Shown here piece after piece: positions 47,018 through 54,035 of a stretch of DNA of 54,035 bases. Location: NCBI GenBank assembly GCA_032718475.1, contig JAUCBJ010007791.1:1-54035 (forward strand). Reading direction: 5' to 3'. Made by a program: the position numbers and the translations under genes. Source of the stretch: Nemertoderma westbladi. Taxonomy: Eukaryota; Animalia; Xenacoelomorpha. Under the pieces are notes generated by a model. That model saw only the letters and a list, made by a program, of their open reading frames with translations, was not told the DNA's origin and did no database searches. Position 1 is the first letter of the stretch. Each line of letters begins with the position of its first letter.

Positions 47018-47956
47018 ATGGATAAATTCATAATGTTATTTTTCCTGGATCTTATTTTCATATTGTTTATAATGGTTCCCTTAATGTGTTTGCAGTTTTA
47101 CGGTGAACCGCAAGACCGCGGTTTCTACTGCAACGATGACTCAATTCGATATCCAATGAAGAAAGAGACAATAAAAGAATCTGTGAATGTTATATGTGGA
47201 ATTGTATTAGTTGTACTCACTGTCTTTGTGTGCGAATGCGTTAACGCTTATACCAAGTACGGGAGGTACTTTATTCACGGTGCACCTTTACCAACGTTTC
47301 TGCGGGGGTCTACTTCCAGGGTCATCAACGCATGCGCGCGATCTCCCATCTACATCTGCTACGTATCGTTGGGGATCGCATTATTCGGTGGTTGCGCCTC
47401 CAATGTCATAACGAACATTGGTAAATTCGCGATTGGCCGACAGAGGCCTCACTTTATTGCGGCTTGTAAACCTGATCCGTTGAAGTTTATATGCCAGCCC
47501 GACACCCATACTATGTACACGACTGCGGTCTGCGAAGCTCCTGCCATTGAATTCCGCGAAGCCCGAATTTCCTTCCCTTCGGGACACAGTTCTTTTTCAT
47601 TGTACATCGCCGTCTACCTTATCATATACCTCCAGTACCGTTTCCCAGGGACACGACCACCCACATTCAAACACATGATACAGTTTTTGATCTTCTGTTT
47701 GGCTTTGTGGGTGGCTTTTACGCGTATTGCGGACTATTACCATCACTGGAGCGATGTGCTGGCCGGAGGGCTGTTAGGCACGGTGGTGGCCTGTCTGTGC
47801 GGAAGGTGGCTGCGGCTGTGGGTGGAACCCTTACACGTGCGACACAGTGAGAGTGCTGTACTACTGGATTCCGTTAGGAGATACACAAAGGATGACAACG
47901 CGCAACCTCCCGGCGAACAAACAGAGACTTCCTCACCACCATCCAATATTATCTAA
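47018..47956 (+). CDS. PLPP: Phospholipid (lipid phosphate) phosphatase, PAP2 family (PLPP/wunen-like), single-exon CDS
   Basis: RGFYCNDDSIRYP; catalytic motifs C1 KFAIGRQRP, C2 SFPSGH, C3 TRIADYYHHWSD; about six hydrophobic segments. Confidence 0.95.
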   Translation: MDKFIMLFFLDLIFILFIMVPLMCLQFYGEPQDRGFYCNDDSIRYPMKKETIKESVNVICGIVLVVLTVFVCECVNAYTKYGRYFIHGAPLPTFLRGSTSRVINACARSPIYICYVSLGIALFGGCASNVITNIGKFAIGRQRPHFIAACKPDPLKFICQPDTHTMYTTAVCEAPAIEFREARISFPSGHSSFSLYIAVYLIIYLQYRFPGTRPPTFKHMIQFLIFCLALWVAFTRIADYYHHWSDVLAGGLLGTVVACLCGRWLRLWVEPLHVRHSESAVLLDSVRRYTKDDNAQPPGEQTETSSPPSNII

Positions 47957-48420
47957 TGTATTATTATAACTAAATATTTAAAATATTGTATATTCATTTT
48001 GCCATCTAATTAATGATCCTTTCATTTCCCCAACTTTCGGGTAAATTGTTTTGGATTTGGCTGAGCTATTGAATTGACTCACATCCATATTATACATTTT
48101 TTATGACAATAATTGTCATGAATATTTCCTCTACTGGTCTGGTTCGCCGTGTTGGAGAGCTAATAATATACACCACAACAACTGGGGTCTACAGTATATA
48201 CTCACTCAATTTTATTCGTATGGGATGAACGATGACCCCTCCATAATAATTAATATTATTAACGCCGGATACACCCAAACAATGAGGAATAATAATAATC
48301 AATAAAAAATAAAACGCTAAAAATATTGAATTTAATGAAGTTCACAATCATAGTTTACATAGAGGGGTCATGGACTCCTCCAATGACAAGAAAACTCAAC
48401 TGTCAATGTACAAGATGGCC

Positions 48421-48478
48421 CTGCTCGATGTACTACTACTACTATGATCGGCATGCTGCATTGCAGCTGCTAGATGTA
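48421..48478 (-). mobile_element. Ultra-short (~35 bp) RTE 3'-end insertion with TSD
   Basis: (CTA)n + GATCGGCATGCTGCATTGCAG flanked by CTGCTCGATGTA / CTGCTAGATGTA. Confidence 0.75.
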
Positions 48479-49759
48479 GGCCTACTGTTGCCTATTCAAT
48501 ACACTGTTACTGGTACAACAGAACTGCAGACTTAGAGTCGTCAAAAAACGGTTGGCCTAGGCCTACATACAGTATTTCCTTCAGATTGGAATTCACTTTC
48601 ATTTTAATAACAGCTACCCACATTGATCTGGCTGGCCCATCTAATCCCATCTGTCACGTTAACAATAGGATCCAAGATCCAACCTGACCAATAGACACCA
48701 AAGCTTCTTGGCCCTTCAAATTTAATGGATGTACTGGTGATTATTAATTTATGGACATGAACTAATACTCAGTATGAAAGATAATCAGATTGCTATGAAA
48801 CTTTCAGTACATAATAATAAAATATATTACAGTATTATAATATTGTATTGACATTTGAATTCGTCGAAGTAATAATATTGAAATATAATTAAATTAATTT
48901 ACTATGTACCCTGTTAATGCCTCAGTGTACAATTTTTTGACAATTCAAAGGAAATGACACAAAAATAGCAATAGGAGGTAGGCAGGGATGGAGAGAGGTT
49001 AGTGAACATTTTTAGGTGTCCAATCTCTCTCCCTGTCTTGTAGTTACACCTCCCCCCCCCCCCCCCCCCCATCCAATCCCAGTGAACCATTCTGATTAGC
49101 AAACTGCAACAACTCCAGCTAGCAGCTCCACACCACTCACTGACTTGATATGTTGACCAATTAGACACATTTCTCAAAGCAAATCACTTTGAACTAATTA
49201 AAAACTATAAAGAAATATGGGGTATGGGGATTCCAGCTGTTAAATTTTTAAGTATAATTATTTAAACCTTATACTATAAATTAATTCATTTCCATAAAGG
49301 ATAGGCTGAAAATTCCGTTTTTTAACGTAAAAAAGATTACTAAAAATTAACTTTTGTTATCCTGAGTTATGCAAAGTCATTCGAACGAGTTTGCAAAAGT
49401 AGGGAAAACAAACTTGATTGGATGTTTGTTGGTATAGAAACCAGCCCAACCAATTAGATTTGTTTTCCCGAATTTTGTATCGTTCGAACGCGTCAAAAGT
49501 CGGGGAAACAAAAAAAAGATTACAAAAAAACTTTTGTTTTCCCGAGGAGTTTTGTAAAGTCGTTCGAACGAGTTTGCAAAAGTCAGGGAAGCGAAAAAAA
49601 AAGATTGCAAAACTAAACGCTCAGGGCCACCATATTCTGGTACTACTCAATAAAAAATAAGGTGATAATAGTTAGTGATTCCAGACATTCAAAAATGTTT
49701 AGGTGGGAAATCAAGGCACTACATAGATTATTTTTAAAACAATAATTATATAGAATTTC

Positions 49760-49925
49760 CACAGTGGAAGGATAGGCGCTACTCCTATCCTAACCCGATC
49801 AATAATTGATTTGGTCCTCATCTTATCGGCCCAGGGGATAAAAGGCTGAGCGGACCTTGGCTAGTTTCGAAGCTACAGCCAAAAGATTGCAGGCCCGTCG
49901 GCTCAACCAACTGAGACAATTACTA
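49760..49925 (-). mobile_element. tRNA-head SINE-like element
   Basis: Minus strand A-box TGTCTCAGTTGG, B-box-like GCTTCGAAAC, then CTCAGCCTTTTATCC...GATAAGATGAGGACC resembling conserved SINE central domains. Boundaries approximate. Confidence 0.55.
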
Positions 49926-50020
49926 CTACTACTACTACAAGGTTGAGCGAGCTCGGACATTACAACCTTGCAAAAAGTATAAATAATATAGAATTATGTC
50001 GATTTTTTTGTTCTAGACGA

Positions 50021-51223
50021 TGTTCGCGCTTTCAGACCTTTGGCAGTTTAATCCGCCAAATTAAGATGTCTTCTAGATATTAAATCGCTTTTTAGCCTAT
50101 GACAAGTATTTGATTCACTACACTAGTCGAAACCAATCTGTGCGCGATCATTCACCCGCTGGATATTCCCGGGAGATTGGGTTCGACGGTTTAATTTTAT
50201 TGCTATGTAAGCCTAATGTATTATTCGACTGACAGTATTATATAATCTCTGACAATATTATTCACCTTAGGGAATATTAACAGTTCCTTTAGGACGTGGC
50301 GCTTTATTTATATAAACAGAGTTATGACTTAAACTACTCACAACGATATGGCTTAATTATAATTCACATATATGGCGCATTCTTTAGGAATTGCTTCTTT
50401 AACAGACTCACTCATACACAATGCTGCACAATACTGCACACTAATCTGCCAATCTTCACTGATTTTAGTCACATATAAAAGGAACACAGACTGACTCATG
50501 TAGGGTCTATCAAATAACATTAGATTCACTTCAAACCACTTTAACATAAGTCACAATCGTTATTGGTAACCTTTCTCTCTTACCTTCGGTATATCAAGAA
50601 TATTGGGTTTTCGGGGTTATTTCTCGTTATTCCAATATAATAATTCATCAACAAATATAATGAATAACCGACAACAAATAGCAGTATACAGTATCGATTG
50701 AGCAGGTAATTTTAGCAGTTTCAGCAGTTATACGTCAGTTATTAAAAGCCGTGTGTGCCGTGTGTCAGCAGTTAAAGGATATATGTCCTTATAATTAAAC
50801 CTACTAGTGTTAAGCTAAAAAGCAGAAAGCACAAAACACTACAAAGCCGTTCTTTCGTGGCTTTGAAAAACTCGTGACTACTACTCTATACGAGGATACC
50901 AACTACCCTTATTCCACGAAGCTCCCGTTCAACACAGAGAAAGAGCAGTGAGATAGGAAAATTTCAGTTCAGTAGCTCTGTGATAGGTCAAAATCAAGGC
51001 TAACTCAAATTCTATTGGGAGATACAAAAACAAGGCTATGACGCAACCTTCCTAGGCTGGTTGGCCGATTAAACAGAGCCCAGATACCTGCGTACAGCAA
51101 ATCAGCCAATAAGCTGGTAGCTTGCACTATTTTAGCTATAGATCCCCTTTAGAGTATTCTAGCGACCGGGGGGGAACTGGCCAACAAGGCAAACGAATCA
51201 GTTATCCCACAAAAGCTTTTACA
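50021..51223 (-). repeat. 3' LTR of element C (1203 bp)
   Basis: TGTTCGCGC...AAAAGCTTTTACA on +. Collinear with B's LTR but diverged. Confidence 0.93.
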
Positions 51224-51301
51224 CCGCTCCCAGAAAATGGGATTTAAGTCTATAAAATATACAAAATCACAGTTTCTAAAATATAAAAATACTCTAAACA
51301 G

Positions 51302-53077
51302 TTAGTCTTTCTTGCGCGGACGGCGTTTACGCAGTTTTTTAAAGCTAGCAAGAGTCATTTTCTCTTTGGGGCGAGCCACTTTACGAGGAGGGCTGTAGCT
51401 CCTAGGCGAAGGGTGCAATATAATTGCATCAGAAGGTGCAGGGTTACGATCGGTATACCCGCCGGTCGAAGTACCTGGTTGATTAATATCAACCTCAGTG
51501 GAGTGAGGTCTAACGGCCTTTAGAGCGCGTCTCAGGACAGCAGCTCCTACGGGTCCTTGACGGGTCGTCTGGACACTAGCGGTGGGTGGACCGTGAGTAG
51601 TGAGGAACTTTCTCGGTTTAATGGTTCTCTCCAGCTCGCGTTCTCGGGTTCGATATTCATATGGTCGCCGAGATATTTCCTGTAGTTCAGGATGCGAGTT
51701 CACAAAGATGTCGCCATACTCCGGGTCCTGACGGATAAAATTGATCAGGTGATATGTGGTTATATCATTAGGGTTAACGTTTCTAAGGTATTTCCTGACA
51801 AACTTGGTGGAAATACACTCACCAACACGCTTCATTAACTCGTAACTTGGTACGCGTGTTTTCTGTTCAATCGACGCGAATAGATAAGGATGGAACGCGT
51901 AAACTCCCTCGTAAGCTCGTCCAGGGTAATAGCGATGTCGGGATTCGCAATGTAAATCGGCGTTCGCTTCCCAAGCTCGGATGTATCGCAGGGTGATCAT
52001 CTCGTCTACGCTCTCTAAATCGCGATTAAAGGGACAATTGTAACTTTCATGTCCTTTAAATTGACAGTAGTGACATTGAGTCATAAATTGTGGGCAGACG
52101 GCAAATATATGAGAGTTATTAAGCCGGCAATAAGCACAATATATTTCCATCATCGGTTGTTCGAGGAAATAGGAACAAGGTACGCTCGAGTCTAGAGGAG
52201 TGAAGTGGTCTCTCGATGCACATAATCGACAACGTTTTCGAGAAACGTAGTTGGCGTGTCGATAATCGTACGCTGTGAGACGCTGTGGACCTTGATACCA
52301 CTCTATGACATAATCATTGTCACTGCTCCGGGAAGCCGTAGGTTGAATCGCTTCTGATTCCAAGCATACTGGTTCATCCTCCAGCTGCATAGACGAAGTG
52401 GGTGCGTCGGTTTCCGTAAGTGGACCCACTGTCTGTATTTCCACGACAGAATAACCTGTAGATATTCGGGGTCTTTGTATAACGGATGAATGTAGGTTCT
52501 GTATACAAACGTCTTGAAAGACGGCAAATCCAGCGCTACTCAGTTTCTCCGCAGCTGAGTCTCTAAGACTGAGCTTGGTCAGCGCGCGGTCCTTGAACTG
52601 ACTATCGACGTTACGGAACGGAGTCAGAAAGCGCCGGAAACATTCGAAACGTATGAACTTATTGTGTTCGTCTAACTTGGCGAGTTTAGTTCCAAGTATT
52701 AAGGGATGAGCGCGTATGGTACGACTGCACACATCGGCTAGCCAACCGGCAAGTGCTGCGTTTTCAAAGATCGTGTATATAGCTAAGGAAGGGCGAAGGG
52801 GAACACTCATAAAGCTATATACGGCACCAGGCGCAGTTAATGGTCCATCAAAATATAAACGAGAGTAATGATCTCCATATACTTGCTGGTAATTTATAGG
52901 ATTTCCAACTTTGAAATTCCAACCATATTCTTGAAAGGCAAGATGTCCGATGGATGTCCGTTGTACTTTAGTAATGCCGCTGGGTGTATTGGCATACATA
53001 GTGCGAAAGAAACCTCGGCCTTCGGCCCAAGGAGCAATCAGCTGAGTATCAACGAAAGGGTATGGAATGTTCTCCAT
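51302..53077 (-). CDS. Intact zinc-knuckle accessory protein of C (591 aa)
   Basis: CRLCASRDH..C, CAYCRLNNSHIFAVC, CHYCQFKGHESYNC; shared domain; basic tail. Acceptor TATTTCAG at 53153-53146. Confidence 0.88.
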   Translation of the reverse strand: MENIPYPFVDTQLIAPWAEGRGFFRTMYANTPSGITKVQRTSIGHLAFQEYGWNFKVGNPINYQQVYGDHYSRLYFDGPLTAPGAVYSFMSVPLRPSLAIYTIFENAALAGWLADVCSRTIRAHPLILGTKLAKLDEHNKFIRFECFRRFLTPFRNVDSQFKDRALTKLSLRDSAAEKLSSAGFAVFQDVCIQNLHSSVIQRPRISTGYSVVEIQTVGPLTETDAPTSSMQLEDEPVCLESEAIQPTASRSSDNDYVIEWYQGPQRLTAYDYRHANYVSRKRCRLCASRDHFTPLDSSVPCSYFLEQPMMEIYCAYCRLNNSHIFAVCPQFMTQCHYCQFKGHESYNCPFNRDLESVDEMITLRYIRAWEANADLHCESRHRYYPGRAYEGVYAFHPYLFASIEQKTRVPSYELMKRVGECISTKFVRKYLRNVNPNDITTYHLINFIRQDPEYGDIFVNSHPELQEISRRPYEYRTRERELERTIKPRKFLTTHGPPTASVQTTRQGPVGAAVLRRALKAVRPHSTEVDINQPGTSTGGYTDRNPAPSDAIILHPSPRSYSPPRKVARPKEKMTLASFKKLRKRRPRKKD

Positions 53078-53925
53078 ATTCCCATTGTATGCCTAATATG
53101 TTCTCCGACAGCGATGGTAGAGCAGAGGAAAAACTATTTCGCATTCTGAAATATTCAGAAATAAGATCTCAGTAGGAGGATTGTAACATTCGAGTACTAT
53201 CCCCAACCGAATTTATCCCCCAGTGTGATGAGGTAAACACCAGCTCAAAGATATGTTTGCCTCAGTTGTTCTACATAAGATTTATATCCCCAATCATTAA
53301 GGGAGGTGAACAACCAGATTTATGACACATAATGGTACCAGTTGTTCACAAACTATCCGCGTGTCCTTTCAGTCCTTGTTTCACGGTTGTGGACTTGAGG
53401 AAATTAGGAAGTGGTTGATTATCTAATCAAGAACGAGAGGGTGGAAGTTGATATCATAAATATCAACAGAATATGACATGGACAGGAGGTGCGGACACCA
53501 ATATTAGCATCCAGATGAACAGTAAGGGATGGGAGGTTTAGTATTCGTTTCCCGAAGCTCCGAGCACGTTGGGAAGAGAAGGTGGGATGAAATATGTCGT
53601 ATCTTTAGTAACAACATATAAGAGGGTAAGAGGAGTAGAGAGGAGGGAGGATATACGATAGTATCCATAAGATACCACAATGGATGTGTTTTCCGTCACA
53701 TCATCATTCATTCCTGCCTTTTAATTGTGACACTGATCACAATAATTACAGGAAAACGATGAAGGAAGAGAAAGTTACAGCCTCCCGAAGGAGACCGCCC
53801 GCGAGCACCCGTGCCCCGGGGAAAACTATTCACATTATGGACCCTGGACATTAACCCATGTCTCTTCTCCAGTGGTTCTCCTTTATTTGTCCGCATCAAC
53901 CTTCTTCCACGTTCTATCCTTCGAG

Positions 53926-54035
53926 TTAATTTCGAATAGGGTTCTCGTGTTCTATTCTCGATTTATCGTTTCGACTCCGCTGGGCATGATATTTAAATAA
54001 AACCATTTCCCTTTCGGTGTCTACATCGTCCGTAT
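53926..54035 (-). CDS. C-terminal end of ORF-X in element C (partial)
   Basis: Aligns with ~30586-30690. TAA at 53928-53926. Confidence 0.5.
   Translation of the reverse strand, partial: TDDVDTEREMVLFKYHAQRSRNDKSRIEHENPIRN

Larger units (their letters stand above)
50021..54035 (-). mobile_element. Element C: 3' portion of a diverged relative of B (continues beyond the window)
   Basis: LTR 50021-51223 has the same termini as B's LTR. PPT at 51224-51232. Accessory ORFs are homologous to B's. Confidence 0.92.

Noticed and set aside
49300-49630. TTCGAACGAGTTTGCAAAAGT repeats, possible MITE
   Set aside because: Only 2-3 degenerate units, with no paired TIRs identified.

Overview
AT-rich eukaryotic (probably invertebrate metazoan) DNA dominated by repeats. 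The core is a nest of BEL/Pao LTR retrotransposons. Element A (+, ~13936-41675) has gag-pro-RT-RNaseH-IN with two frame lesions and an extra downstream ORF3. Element B (-, 28236-39781) is non-autonomous, has near-identical 1184-bp LTRs and a GCCGT TSD, and sits 27 bp inside A's 3' LTR. Element C (-, 50021 to beyond the window end) is a diverged relative of B. All three carry, in the env position and apparently behind splice acceptors, a homologous non-env accessory gene: three CCHC knuckles, a shared domain I do not recognise, and a basic tail (B's copy is damaged). Other unusual features: a tRNA-like Pol III cassette in A's U3; B and C both inserted ~100 bp upstream of Pol III A/B boxes; no tRNA PBS in B but a 10-nt LTR-internal complement (possible Tf1-like self-priming); a six-fold dispersed hairpin in A; internal PPT copies. 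Also present: two minisatellites, a 678-bp tandem triplication, TIR MITE-like elements, RTE and CR1/L2-like LINE fragments, a SINE-like element and one host gene (PAP2/PLPP phosphatase, 47018-47956). All calls are by eye, without database searches.
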